Shown: piece after piece, positions 48,187-58,199 of the stretch
How positions within the stretch are numbered: position 1 is the stretch's first letter
Layout of the letters: each line of letters opens with the position of its first letter
Source of the DNA: Alphaproteobacteria bacterium
GTDB taxonomy: Bacteria; Pseudomonadota; Alphaproteobacteria; SP197
DNA length: 64,000 nucleotides
NCBI GenBank assembly: GCA_965228895.1
Contig: OZ245842.1
Span: forward strand, 3,264,001-3,328,000
Direction of reading: 5' to 3'
The notes under the pieces: generated by a model
Database searches by the model: none
What the model was told of the DNA's origin: nothing
The model's input: only the letters and a program-made list of their open reading frames with translations
Program-made: the position numbers and the translations under genes

Positions 48187-49317
48187 TCAATCTGTCCGCG
48201 CCTGCCACGGCTTGGCGTTGATGTCGCGCAGCAACGTTTTCTGCCGGCTCGAGACGACGTCACGGTCCATATAGGCCTGGCGCATGTAACGCTGGCCGCT
48301 TTCAAGGCGGAACGCCTCGCGGCCATGGAACAGACGGTAGTTGTCGGCGAAGTACATCTGGCCGGGCTCCAGCTTGAAACGCAGCCTTATGTCGTCGGAC
48401 GCGATCATGCCGGCGTAGAGTCGCCGGGCTTCATAGAAGGCGTCCAACAGGTCGGGGTCGACCGCAGCGACCTGATCGGCGCGTCCGTGAAAACGCGTCT
48501 GCTTCAAGTTGCCATCAGGCCACAGGTCGATAAAGGGCGAGGCATGCTCCAGGATCGCCTGGTCGTCGACATAGCGGAACACGACGGGGACGCTGGCTAG
48601 CGCGTCGAAAAGATCAGGCCGTTCGCGCCGAATATGCTCGGCGATATAGAAGCCATCGACCAGAGTGGACTCGCCGCCGTCGGCGTCGTTCTGCAGGCAG
48701 TGCAGCAGTGTGTAGCCGGGTTGGGGCAGCCGATAGGGATTGTCGACATGGGGTTCCAGCGCCCGCGGCGTCATGCTGAGGTCATAGGCCTTGGCGATGC
48801 TCTTGACGTCGGCGATGCCACCGCTGTTGGTCCAGCGCAGGAAGCCAATCAACTTTGTCAGTTCCGCCATGCCGTCCGGCTCTACCGGCAGGCCGCGCAC
48901 CAGGGCAAAGCCAAGGCGCGCGATGTCGGCAAGAAACGCCAGGATACGTTCGGGACCGCTCTCCAGGTCGGCCAGATCATGCCACGGCAGCGCTTCGAGA
49001 TCGGCCTTCCACACCTGCTTTTCGCCGACCAGCTCCGGCGGAAAAGGCGTCTGGCTGGCATCGCGCAACGCCGCGAACCCATAGCGGCACCGGTGCCCGT
49101 CGCTGAAGCGGATGTCGACGACATCGCCCTCCTCCTTCGCCTCGACGATGGTGAGGTCAAGCGGCAGTTGCGCGGCGTCCTGAAGCTTGTGACCGGTGAT
49201 CGGATCGCGAAAGCTTTCGTCTGTGCTGTTCTCGCGCAGCCAAAGCGCATGAAAATCATGGCAAAACCCGTCCGGGCTGGATAGGCGAAGCTGGGTTCCC
49301 TTCGACTCGACCGACAT
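48187..49317 (-). CDS. TauD/TfdA dioxygenase, gamma-butyrobetaine hydroxylase-like
   Basis: HVDNPY, LLHCL..GGES.LVDGF, DNYRLFHGREAF. Confidence 0.85.
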   Translation of the reverse strand: MSVESKGTQLRLSSPDGFCHDFHALWLRENSTDESFRDPITGHKLQDAAQLPLDLTIVEAKEEGDVVDIRFSDGHRCRYGFAALRDASQTPFPPELVGEKQVWKADLEALPWHDLADLESGPERILAFLADIARLGFALVRGLPVEPDGMAELTKLIGFLRWTNSGGIADVKSIAKAYDLSMTPRALEPHVDNPYRLPQPGYTLLHCLQNDADGGESTLVDGFYIAEHIRRERPDLFDALASVPVVFRYVDDQAILEHASPFIDLWPDGNLKQTRFHGRADQVAAVDPDLLDAFYEARRLYAGMIASDDIRLRFKLEPGQMYFADNYRLFHGREAFRLESGQRYMRQAYMDRDVVSSRQKTLLRDINAKPWQARTD

Positions 49318-49488
49318 TTCAGGCACCTCCATGCTGTCGTCGAGGCCACTATGTGTCACCGGCCGTGTGACGGGACATCGATCGTCGGTCAACATTCGTT
49401 GCGATACAGACAACCACGGTTCGATCGCATGGCGGCCACCCGGTGACGCCTTAGACTGCGTTGACGAACTGCACGTTCCCTTTTGCGC

Positions 49489-50259
49489 ATGACGGAAGAA
49501 GACCAATCGATCGCAACCTTGTCCGCGCGGCGTCCGCTCGCGGCCAAGGCCTATGAGTACGAAGCCGGCTATTTGATCGAGCGGCATGCCCACGCGTCAG
49601 GCCAGCTTGTCTACGCGGTGTCGGGCGCCATGCGTGTCGCCGCCGGCCAGGGCGCCTGGGTCGTACCGCCGCTGCGCGCGGTGTGGATACCGCCCGATGC
49701 CCTCCATACCGTCTACATGCATTCCCACGTGTCGATGCGCACGGTTTACGTCGTCGGCAAACGGGCCAAAGAGTTCGAGCGGCGCTGCTGCGTCGTCACC
49801 GTTTCGAACCTGCTTCGCGAGTTGATTTTGGAAGCAACGACGTTCCCCGACGACTATGCGTTGCAGGGCCGCTACCGCCAGATCGTCGAGCTTCTCCTCG
49901 GCGAACTCAAGACATCGCCTCAGGTCCACCTGCATCTCGCCGAACCACGCGATCAACGGGTGCGCCATATCACCGATCAACTGAAGGCGGACCCCGGTGA
50001 CAGCCGGCCGCTTCGATGCTGGGCGCGTTCGGCCCATGCCAGCGAGCGAACCCTGGCGCGGCTCTTCATCAAGGAAACCGGTCTGACCTTCGCGCAATGG
50101 CGCCAGCAGGCCCGCCTGCTAGCCGCGATCGCGATGCTGGCGCAGGGATTGCCCGTCACCACGATCGCCATCGACCTCGGCTATTCGACGCCCAGCGCCT
50201 TCGGCACCATGTTCCGCCGCGCGCTGGGCCGCCCGCCCAGCGAATACTTCATGGATTGA
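49489..50259 (+). CDS. AraC family transcriptional regulator (cupin + HTH)
   Basis: HAH..GQLVYA, SERTLARLF, LGYSTPSAF. Confidence 0.9.
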   Translation: MTEEDQSIATLSARRPLAAKAYEYEAGYLIERHAHASGQLVYAVSGAMRVAAGQGAWVVPPLRAVWIPPDALHTVYMHSHVSMRTVYVVGKRAKEFERRCCVVTVSNLLRELILEATTFPDDYALQGRYRQIVELLLGELKTSPQVHLHLAEPRDQRVRHITDQLKADPGDSRPLRCWARSAHASERTLARLFIKETGLTFAQWRQQARLLAAIAMLAQGLPVTTIAIDLGYSTPSAFGTMFRRALGRPPSEYFMD

Positions 50260-51459
50260 TCACAGCGCTGCGCCATCGGGCTTGTCGGCGCGGCGCACAT
50301 AGAGCGCCGCAAGCAAAGCCAGGAATGAAGCCGTCAGCATGATGGCGAGCAACACGAAAGTGCCCGGCGCCGCCGTCACCAGCGCACCGGTGATGACGGT
50401 CAGCAACGCGCCGACAACAGCCGACAGCGCACCGAACAGGCCTGACGCGCTGCCCGCCAGATGCGGGCGCACCGAAAGCGCGCCGGCGCTCGCACTCGGC
50501 GTGGTCAATCCGTTGCCGATACCGACAAACAGCGTCGCGCCGAACAGTAAGCCGACATGCATGAACCCGGCCATCAGGATCACCAGCCCGGCCAACAATC
50601 CGGTACAGGCGACCAGCCGGCCCGCGATCATCATGGTGGTGAGCGCCTGGCGCTTGGCCAGTCGGCCCGAAAGAAAACTGCCGAACACAAAGCCTGCCGT
50701 GATGCTGCCCATCGCCGCGCCCAGTGTTGCCGTCGACATGTCGAAGACCGCCGTCGCGACCAACGGCGCACCGGCCAGGAAGGCATAGAACGCGCCGGTC
50801 GAGAGCGCCATGCAAAGGGCGCAACCCCAGAAGCGACGCGACCCCAGCAATTCCGGATAGGCGCGCACCTGCGCCGCGAAGCCGCCCGTGCGCGCCGTGT
50901 TGGTCTCGCCCAAGTCGACCCAGCAAAGCGCCAGGACGCCAAGGCCCATCGCCGAGAAGGCGATGAAATTCGCACGCCAGCCAAACAGTTCGTCCAGCAA
51001 GCCGCCGGCGAGCGGGCCGACCATGGGCGCCACCGCCATCACCATGCTGATGTATCCGATCGTGCTGGCCGCTTCGTTGGCTGGTTTCGTGTCGCGCACG
51101 ATCGCCAGCGACACCGTCCAGCCGGCGATGATGACGCCTTGCACAACACGGAATGCCAGAAACACGACGATATCGGTGGTCAGCGCGCAGACCAGTGACG
51201 CCACCGTATAGAGGACCATCGCGGCGAGCAGCACGGGCCGGCGTCCAAACCGATCCGACAACGGTCCGATGATCAGTTGCAGCGCCGCCGTCACCGCGAC
51301 GTAACCGGCGATCGACAGACTGATCACCGCATAACCGACATCGAAGTCCACGGCCATCGCCGCGAGCGATGGAAGGAACATGTTGAGCGACAAGGTCGCC
51401 AAGCCGGTCAGCAGGATCAGCGTGCCCAACCGGGGCGGCGTGGTGGCGGAAAAAAACAT
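50260..51459 (-). CDS. Bcr/CflA family MFS efflux transporter
   Basis: NMFLPSL, GPLSDRFGRRPV, FGWRANF, LGETN. Confidence 0.9.
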   Translation of the reverse strand: MFFSATTPPRLGTLILLTGLATLSLNMFLPSLAAMAVDFDVGYAVISLSIAGYVAVTAALQLIIGPLSDRFGRRPVLLAAMVLYTVASLVCALTTDIVVFLAFRVVQGVIIAGWTVSLAIVRDTKPANEAASTIGYISMVMAVAPMVGPLAGGLLDELFGWRANFIAFSAMGLGVLALCWVDLGETNTARTGGFAAQVRAYPELLGSRRFWGCALCMALSTGAFYAFLAGAPLVATAVFDMSTATLGAAMGSITAGFVFGSFLSGRLAKRQALTTMMIAGRLVACTGLLAGLVILMAGFMHVGLLFGATLFVGIGNGLTTPSASAGALSVRPHLAGSASGLFGALSAVVGALLTVITGALVTAAPGTFVLLAIMLTASFLALLAALYVRRADKPDGAAL

Positions 51460-51507
51460 GGGGTCCTCTCGGCCGGTGTTCCCGGCGGCGTCGTCGAAAA
51501 AAGACAC

Positions 51508-51536
51508 AAAAAAAGCCCCCGACCGGAATCGGGGGC
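51508..51536 (-). terminator. Intrinsic terminator in the 5' leader of the Bcr/CflA gene
   Basis: GCCCCCGA-ttccgg-TCGGGGGC-TTTTTTT on the minus strand. Confidence 0.85.
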
Positions 51537-51561
51537 GCACAGGGCAGCGTTATGGTTGCCG

Positions 51562-51609
51562 CTACCGGACCATGCGCCACGTGCCTACTACGACGATAGA
51601 GGACGTCAT
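51562..51609 (-). CDS. Attenuator leader peptide MTSSIVVVGTWRMVR
   Basis: 15-codon ORF between the promoter and terminator; Ile-Val-Val-Val run. Confidence 0.6.
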   Translation of the reverse strand: MTSSIVVVGTWRMVR

Positions 51610-51640
51610 CTTGAATCGTTCCCTTGGCTTTCTTCGCGGC

Positions 51641-51669
51641 ACCCTACGAACACGCCGCCGCGCCGTCAA
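51641..51669 (-). promoter_or_regulatory. Sigma70-type promoter for the leader
   Basis: TTGACG-N17-TAGGGT on the minus strand. Confidence 0.55.
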
Positions 51670-51688
51670 CGTCGTTCGGCGGCGAGGC

Positions 51689-52366
51689 TCACCGGCCCTT
51701 GTCCAGTTGTGACGCGTCGGCGATACCCAACAGGTCAAAGACAAGCTTGGTGTTGATCTCCAGAGCTTTTTGCTGGCCGATCCGGTTCGGCTCGATCATG
51801 TGCTTGATCCATAGACCATCGGATACGGCGAGAAGCGTCTCTGCAATGCGATCAGTGTCGTAAGACCGGCCGACCTGCTCGCCATACGCGGCGATCTCCT
51901 CCTTGAACACATCCAACCAGGTCGCCGTTTCCTTGCTGCACATGGCCGCCAGTTTTGGGTCATGGAGGGCGCCGGCGTTAAGCGATATCCAGACCGACAA
52001 GTCTCTCGGATGGAAATTCGGCGGCCTGTACATCGTTTCGATCACCCGAAGGATGCGCTCCAGCGGCTCGCCCTCGCGCGCCCTGTAGAAGTTCTCCTTC
52101 CACTTCGCCAACAACGATTCATAGGCGGCGACCATCATCGCGTCCTTCGACGCAAAGTAGTGCCGCACCATGCCGCGGGACAGCCCGGCGATCTCGGTAA
52201 TGGTCGAGATGCTGGTCTCGGCGATGCCGTGGCGAAAGATCGACTCCACCGTCGCGTCGATCAGCATGCCCCGGGCGTCCTCAAGGCGCCGGTGGGTTGG
52301 GCTGGACTGTGCGTTCAACGATCCGACCTCCAAATCATCCGCTGGGTTTCCAGGTGACCGGTTCAC
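51689..52366 (-). CDS. TetR family regulator, BetI-like
   Basis: LIDATVESI..GI..T.I..I...AGLSRGMVRHYF.SK; DGLW. Confidence 0.85.
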   Translation of the reverse strand: MNRSPGNPADDLEVGSLNAQSSPTHRRLEDARGMLIDATVESIFRHGIAETSISTITEIAGLSRGMVRHYFASKDAMMVAAYESLLAKWKENFYRAREGEPLERILRVIETMYRPPNFHPRDLSVWISLNAGALHDPKLAAMCSKETATWLDVFKEEIAAYGEQVGRSYDTDRIAETLLAVSDGLWIKHMIEPNRIGQQKALEINTKLVFDLLGIADASQLDKGR

Positions 52367-52370
52367 CCGG

Positions 52371-52411
52371 TTGACTCAAAGAGTATATGATCGTATTAAT
52401 ATGATCGTATA
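52371..52411. promoter_or_regulatory. Divergent promoter with tandem operator
   Basis: TTGACT at 52371; ATATGATCGTAT at 52385-52396 and again at 52399-52410. Confidence 0.6.
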
Positions 52412-52459
52412 GTCTCGCTTTGGCAAGTGATTTCGCCACAAAAAACTGAGGAGTTCCCC

Positions 52460-53632
52460 ATGCGTGAGAAGATCGGAACGACAAATGTCGCCGGAGACGG
52501 TTTCACCGATGACGCGGCGCAGACCCATGCGCCACAGGGCCGCTACTACACGGACCCGAGCATCTTCGAGGCAGAGCAACGCGCGGTCTTTCAAAGCGAG
52601 TGGCAGTATGTGTGCCACCAAACGGAGATCCCCAAATCCGGTGACTATCTTGTCGACGAAATCGGTGGCGAGTGCCTATACGTGATACGCGGCAGAGATG
52701 ATCAGATCCGCGCTTTCTACAATGTCTGCCAACACCGCGGTCATGAACTCCTGACCGGGCGCGGCAACGTCAAAATGGTGGTGATATGTCCCTACCACGC
52801 CTGGTGCTACGATCTGGAGGGCAAGCTGCGCAACGCGCCAATGTGCGACGAGGTCAAAGGCTTCGACCGTGCCGGCGTCAGACTCACATCGATCAACGTG
52901 GAGATCATCGGCGGGTTCGTCTTCATCAACCTTGATCCGCACGCCAAGCCGCTACGCGAAATGGCGCCGACGTTTGAGCCCATCATCATGGCGATGGTCG
53001 CCGAAGCGCCGGACCTGCAATACGCCACGCACAAAGATTACGACATCAAGGCGAACTGGAAGATCGTCACCGAGAATTTTCTGGAGGCCTATCACGTCGG
53101 ACGTTGTGGAAAGGCCCATGTCGCGCTCGGCAACATCATCGATACGTCGACCTACGGATTCAAGATCGACGGCCGGACGATCGAGTACACCGCGCGTGGC
53201 GGCCAGGCCGATGTCATCCCTTACGACGTCAACGAGACCGACGCCTTCACCAACACGCGCGGCGCGCCGTTTCATCAGGTCTTCTTGTGGCCCAACATGA
53301 CTTTCTCGGTCTTCCCCGGCACGAACATGCTGTTCGTCTTCAACATGAAACCGGCGGGTCCGGACCGCGTTGCTGAGAGGATTATCTATTTCACCCTCGA
53401 CGGGACCATGTCCGTACCCACCGAAACGGCCGAGGCCTATATCAGCAACCAGCTCAATACCGAGGATGTCGATCTCGTCGAGGCGGTGCAACGCGGTGTC
53501 AGCTCACGCGGTTACAACCCCGGCCGGCTGATGGTCGACCCCGAGCAGAAAGCAGGCTGGGGTGAGCATTTCATTCACCATTTCAACAGGCTGAACCTGG
53601 ATGCGCTGAGCCGGGCAGACATGGCCGGCTGA
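52460..53632 (+). CDS. Rieske oxygenase alpha subunit (CntA/choline monooxygenase-like)
   Basis: NVCQHRG, CPYHAW, NWK..ENFLEAYH..H, ED..LVEAVQRG. Confidence 0.85.
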   Translation: MREKIGTTNVAGDGFTDDAAQTHAPQGRYYTDPSIFEAEQRAVFQSEWQYVCHQTEIPKSGDYLVDEIGGECLYVIRGRDDQIRAFYNVCQHRGHELLTGRGNVKMVVICPYHAWCYDLEGKLRNAPMCDEVKGFDRAGVRLTSINVEIIGGFVFINLDPHAKPLREMAPTFEPIIMAMVAEAPDLQYATHKDYDIKANWKIVTENFLEAYHVGRCGKAHVALGNIIDTSTYGFKIDGRTIEYTARGGQADVIPYDVNETDAFTNTRGAPFHQVFLWPNMTFSVFPGTNMLFVFNMKPAGPDRVAERIIYFTLDGTMSVPTETAEAYISNQLNTEDVDLVEAVQRGVSSRGYNPGRLMVDPEQKAGWGEHFIHHFNRLNLDALSRADMAG

Positions 53633-53652
53633 CGGAACCAGACGCCGCGCCG

Positions 53653-54900
53653 TCAATCTCGCGCACGCCACGGCAGGGTGCCTTCGACCCACATCATGAC
53701 GGCGAACGACACGGTCGCCAGCACCGCGAAACCCGCGACAAGTGGCAGCACAGTGCCGTCATAGAACTGGCCGATCACCGTGCCCAAGGTCAGTGAAATG
53801 AACATCGCGACCGAACCGATGACCGACGATGCCGACCCCGCGATATGGCCCAGCGGCTCCATCGCAAGCGCGTTGAAGTTGCCGAACACGAAGCCGACAA
53901 AGAAGAACGTCACGACGATGTAGAGCATCATCAACCATAACGGCGGGTGGCCGTTCAGCATCACGACGACCGCCAGGAAGATGATGGACAGGACGCTGGC
54001 CGCCGCCAACGCCACACCGGTCAACGGGCGCATGCCGAAACGCATGACAAGCCGCGCGTTGGTGATCGACGCGAAACCCAGGGCGCCCGCCGACATCGCG
54101 AAATAGAGCGGAAACGCCTCACCGACACCGTACGTCACCTGAAAGATCTGCTGGGCGCTCATCAAATAGCCGACAAAGGCGCCAAAGATCAGTCCGGCGG
54201 TGACCATATAGCCCAGCGCCGTGCGGTTGATCAGCGTCTCGCGAAACGCCCGCGCGATGCGCCCGGCCGACAGCTTGCTGCGCCGTTGCGGCGCCAGGGT
54301 CTCCGGCTGGCGTATCCAGAACCAGACGAACGCGACAGCCGCCAGCACCAGGAACATGACGAAGATGCCGCGCCAATGGGTCACCACCATGATGCCCTGG
54401 CCGATCATTGGCGCGAACACGGGCACCAGAATGAACACCGTCATGACCGTCGACATGAGACGCGCCATCTCGCGCCCCTTGAAACGGTCGCGCACCAGCG
54501 CCAGCGTGACAATGCGCGGTCCCGCGGCGCCGATGCCTTGCAGGAAACGCCCGGCCAGCATGACCCAGAACGACGTCGCGACGATCGACAGCACGCAGCC
54601 GGCCATGAAGATTATGAAACCCGCATAGATCACGGGCTTGCGTCCGAAGCTGTCCGAGAGCGGTCCGAAGACGAGCTGGCTTAGCGCCAGGCCCAGGAAA
54701 AGGAAGCTGATGACCAGCTGTTGCCGGTTACCGCCGGCAACACTCATATCATCGCCGATCTGGCCCAGCGCCGGCAGCATGGCATCGATCGAGAGCGCGA
54801 CGATCGAGATCATCAGCGCGATCAAAACGACGAACTCGACACGTCCCGGTTGCTCCGGACCCGTGCCGCCGTCTGGCGTTTTTTCGGTGGCGTCACTCAT
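53653..54900 (-). CDS. Bcr/CflA family MFS efflux transporter
   Basis: SIDAMLPAL, GPLSDSFGRKPV, QPETL. Confidence 0.9.
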   Translation of the reverse strand: MSDATEKTPDGGTGPEQPGRVEFVVLIALMISIVALSIDAMLPALGQIGDDMSVAGGNRQQLVISFLFLGLALSQLVFGPLSDSFGRKPVIYAGFIIFMAGCVLSIVATSFWVMLAGRFLQGIGAAGPRIVTLALVRDRFKGREMARLMSTVMTVFILVPVFAPMIGQGIMVVTHWRGIFVMFLVLAAVAFVWFWIRQPETLAPQRRSKLSAGRIARAFRETLINRTALGYMVTAGLIFGAFVGYLMSAQQIFQVTYGVGEAFPLYFAMSAGALGFASITNARLVMRFGMRPLTGVALAAASVLSIIFLAVVVMLNGHPPLWLMMLYIVVTFFFVGFVFGNFNALAMEPLGHIAGSASSVIGSVAMFISLTLGTVIGQFYDGTVLPLVAGFAVLATVSFAVMMWVEGTLPWRARD

Positions 54901-55025
54901 GGCGCGGCGACCATGACCCGCCCGCCGCGTGAACGCCAGAGCGAATCGTGGCTAGGTGGCATCGCTTGGCGATGCCGTCAAAACAAGATCTGCTTTAGAA
55001 GAAAGACAGCCGCCGGCTCATTCTC

Positions 55026-55679
55026 CTAACCGCCGCCGTGGGCGGAGACGCGATCCAGGTCGAATTGCGCGAGGAGATAGCCTTGCTCGATGGACAACGC
55101 GTACCAGTCGGCGGCGATATCGAAATCACCGGGCACGCCAATGCCCCACTCGTACATGTAACCGAGGTTCAAGGACGCATAGGGGTTGCCCTGTTCGGAC
55201 GCCAACAGGTACCAGCGCTTGGCATCTTCAAAATCCTGCGGCACGCCATCGCCGTCGTGATACATCTGGCCGACGATGTTCTGTGCGTCCGCGTCGTTTT
55301 GTTCGGCCTTGGCGAGCAATCGATCGAAATAGGTTTGGGCTTCCGCATCGTCCGGTTTCATGCCGAAACCGTATTTGTGCATGATGCCCAACCAATAGAT
55401 CGAATAGACCTCGTCCTGGGCCGCGCCCAGGCGCGACCATTTGAGCGCCTGACCGTAGTTCTCCGAAACGCCGAACGCCCACAGGTACATGGTGCCGAGC
55501 CAGCCTTGCGCCGTCGCGTTGCCCTGTTCGGCAAGCGGGCGAAAGATGGCGAGCGCTGTTTCGCTGTCACCGCTGTTAAAGGCGGCCTCGCCCTGGGCCA
55601 GCAACGCCGCGTCGTCGGCAGCCCCAGGGGCCGCCGGCAACAGCACGATCATCAACGCAAAGACCGCGATCCATCGCAT
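55026..55679 (-). CDS. Exported Sel1-repeat protein
   Basis: Signal peptide; repeated AEQG.A.AQ..LG.MY..G.GV..D. Confidence 0.9.
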   Translation of the reverse strand: MRWIAVFALMIVLLPAAPGAADDAALLAQGEAAFNSGDSETALAIFRPLAEQGNATAQGWLGTMYLWAFGVSENYGQALKWSRLGAAQDEVYSIYWLGIMHKYGFGMKPDDAEAQTYFDRLLAKAEQNDADAQNIVGQMYHDGDGVPQDFEDAKRWYLLASEQGNPYASLNLGYMYEWGIGVPGDFDIAADWYALSIEQGYLLAQFDLDRVSAHGGG

Positions 55680-55785
55680 GATCCGGCTCCTCAAAAGGAC
55701 TCCAGCCGCCATAAGACCGCACTTCGCCCCATTTCGACACCGATCAAACGGCTAGCTCCTTAAGGTGTAGGTTTCCGGCTGTCGC

Positions 55786-57579
55786 TCAGGACGGACACAG
55801 CGGGCGCACCTCGCCGGCGGCCTCGGCGACCGCGCGGTACTCGTTGACGAAGTCGTCGCTTAAGAAAAACGCGGTCACGCCGTTGGGCAGCACCTCGATG
55901 ATGTTGCCGCCCCAACCCGACATGTGGGAGACCGTCACCCGACACGCGCCCTGACGGACCCAGAAGTACCAAAGCGACATGTGATAGGTCTCGTCAAAAC
56001 TGGGCACGTCCAGACCGCGGATCGGCGTGCGGTAAAACGCCTCGTCCAGCTTCGCCTCGCTCAAGAGCTGTCGGCCGTCATGCCGGCCCTTGTTGTGCAA
56101 CAGCGCCGTGATCTTCACGATGTCGTGGATGGTGGGGTAAAGGCCCGCGGCCATCAGCGGAATGCCCGGCGCGCCGTCGGCCTCCACCGTGCGCGCGATC
56201 GGGATCGACGGGATACCGATCGGCTGGAACACCTCGGCCATCACGTTATCCCAGATGTTCGCCTGCGGACCCTCCAGCCGTTTCAACAGGCTGTCCATGG
56301 CGGCCGCCAGAACAAAACTGTCCATGTTGCGGTAGCGGAAGATCTCGCCCGGCCCCCACGCATAATTGTGACCGGCAAAGGCGGCGCGCAGCTTGCCCGA
56401 CGTCGATTGTGATTCCAGGAACAGCGTCGTCTTCCAACCCGGATAGACCTCCGCATAGTAATGCGCGCTGCCGGCGTTCGGCGAACCCTCGCCGATCCCG
56501 GTCGCCATGTTGAGCGCGTCGGCGAACGTCACGTCCTGCCAGCCCTCGTGCTGCGCGGTGACCTCCAGGTAGTCCTTGATCTTCAGGTCGAAGACCTCCG
56601 GTCCGTGCTTTTCGGCCAGGTACAACATGGCGACCATGCCGCCGAGCGACTTGGTGATCGAAAAGACGCCGTGGCGCATGTCTTCGCAATAGGGGAAGTC
56701 GCCGTAACGCGTCTCGCACGGACGCAGATAGATGATCCCGTCGATAACCAACCCGCTGGCGCTGACCGGCTCATCGCCATGGCGACCGGAGAAAGTGCGT
56801 AACGCCGCCAGCGAAAACACGCGCTCCAGATCGGCGAACGGTCGCACCGGAAGACGTGCCGCGCGGTCCACGTCGAACGCCGCGATCACCGCCGCGGCGT
56901 TGTCGACCGCGTGCGGTTCATAGGTCGCGGCCAACCGGCCATAACCGTTGAAGGTGTTATAGGGCGCCGTCTCCTGCACGATCTGGAACCGCACGTCGGA
57001 AACCTCGCCGTCATCGAAGACAAAGGTCGCGAGACCATTATGCGCCTCGTTCCACCACGCACCGCCGGCCAGCACAAACGGGAAGGATGCGCGCGAACGC
57101 CCATCGTCGTCGGCCTCCGACCAGATCCGCCCCGGTGATACGATGACATCCCATGTGCTCTTGGTGCCGTTGCCACGCACGATGCCCGGCTCAACCGGAA
57201 TCAGAAAACCGTCATGGCTGATGAACGACAGCGCGACCGCGGGGAACCAGCCGTCGGCCCGGCTGTCGCCATCGAAACCCGCCATCGACGTTTCCGGCAG
57301 ATGTAGCGTGCCGGAGAACTGGTGCAGCGCCGGCGCGGCATCACCGACCGGCATGAACCAGCCGTTGTGCACGGCCTGGTCGCCGGCCACACGGCCATGA
57401 CGCAGGACGTCGACCGTCAACGTGTTGCGCACGTCACCGGGTGCCACGACCTCGGCGCGCGCCGCGCCGGTTGCCATCCCCGCCAACACGGCGAGCACAA
57501 CAAAGGCCCGGCCAAACAGCGTCACACGCCGCCCGCGCCGTCCCGTTTTCCCCGTCCCCATAGAAAGAAAGTCAATCAT
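55786..57579 (-). CDS. Exported serine hydrolase (beta-lactamase fold) with N-terminal accessory domain
   Basis: FSITKS (SxxK), LNMATG, FRYRN, MSGWGGN; start may be 57561. Confidence 0.8.
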   Translation of the reverse strand: MIDFLSMGTGKTGRRGRRVTLFGRAFVVLAVLAGMATGAARAEVVAPGDVRNTLTVDVLRHGRVAGDQAVHNGWFMPVGDAAPALHQFSGTLHLPETSMAGFDGDSRADGWFPAVALSFISHDGFLIPVEPGIVRGNGTKSTWDVIVSPGRIWSEADDDGRSRASFPFVLAGGAWWNEAHNGLATFVFDDGEVSDVRFQIVQETAPYNTFNGYGRLAATYEPHAVDNAAAVIAAFDVDRAARLPVRPFADLERVFSLAALRTFSGRHGDEPVSASGLVIDGIIYLRPCETRYGDFPYCEDMRHGVFSITKSLGGMVAMLYLAEKHGPEVFDLKIKDYLEVTAQHEGWQDVTFADALNMATGIGEGSPNAGSAHYYAEVYPGWKTTLFLESQSTSGKLRAAFAGHNYAWGPGEIFRYRNMDSFVLAAAMDSLLKRLEGPQANIWDNVMAEVFQPIGIPSIPIARTVEADGAPGIPLMAAGLYPTIHDIVKITALLHNKGRHDGRQLLSEAKLDEAFYRTPIRGLDVPSFDETYHMSLWYFWVRQGACRVTVSHMSGWGGNIIEVLPNGVTAFFLSDDFVNEYRAVAEAAGEVRPLCPS

Positions 57580-57711
57580 CTGATGCCGCTCTCCGGTTCT
57601 TGTTGCCGAGATACGTCACGACTTCGTTCACGCAAAGGCGACGTTAGCACAAGATGGTGGGAGGCGACAAAGGGAGGCCTTTTCACACGGCAGTCAGTTC
57701 ATGCGGACGTT

Positions 57712-58083
57712 TCAGCGGCCGTGCGAAACGACCGAGGCATTGAAGTCGGAATACATGCCGGGTTCGTACCACCAGGAGCACTGCGCGGTACTCAACACGA
57801 TCAGCAGAAGGATGTAAGCGAGGACATAGGAGCTCAGCGAGACTGCCGTGGAAATCGGCCTGGTGCGCCAGGAGTCATCCTTGGTAAACGCGCCATACAA
57901 ATCGACGACATTGCCGACGACCGTGTTGTCCATCCCCTTGGTCTTGTCGTTGGGATCGAGGTCTTCAAGCGTCAGCGCCTCGTCTTTAGGGTCCTGATAG
58001 GCGCGCGGCGCCGCAGAGTTGGCTACCTGCCGCAGCTTGGCGGCCTCCTCACGTCGTTTACTCGCTCTCTCGTTACCATCCAT
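57712..58083 (-). CDS. Hypothetical membrane protein
   Basis: C-terminal TM; atypical codon usage; start uncertain. Confidence 0.45.
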   Translation of the reverse strand: MDGNERASKRREEAAKLRQVANSAAPRAYQDPKDEALTLEDLDPNDKTKGMDNTVVGNVVDLYGAFTKDDSWRTRPISTAVSLSSYVLAYILLLIVLSTAQCSWWYEPGMYSDFNASVVSHGR

Positions 58084-58199
58084 AGCGGATCTCACGTCAG
58101 CGATGTATGTCAAGTCTAACAGATCGCGCGCAGATTGCGAAAAAGGCACTCTGGTTTGGACGTGCAAGCGAGACCTGCGGGCCTCAATAGGAGGGCGAC

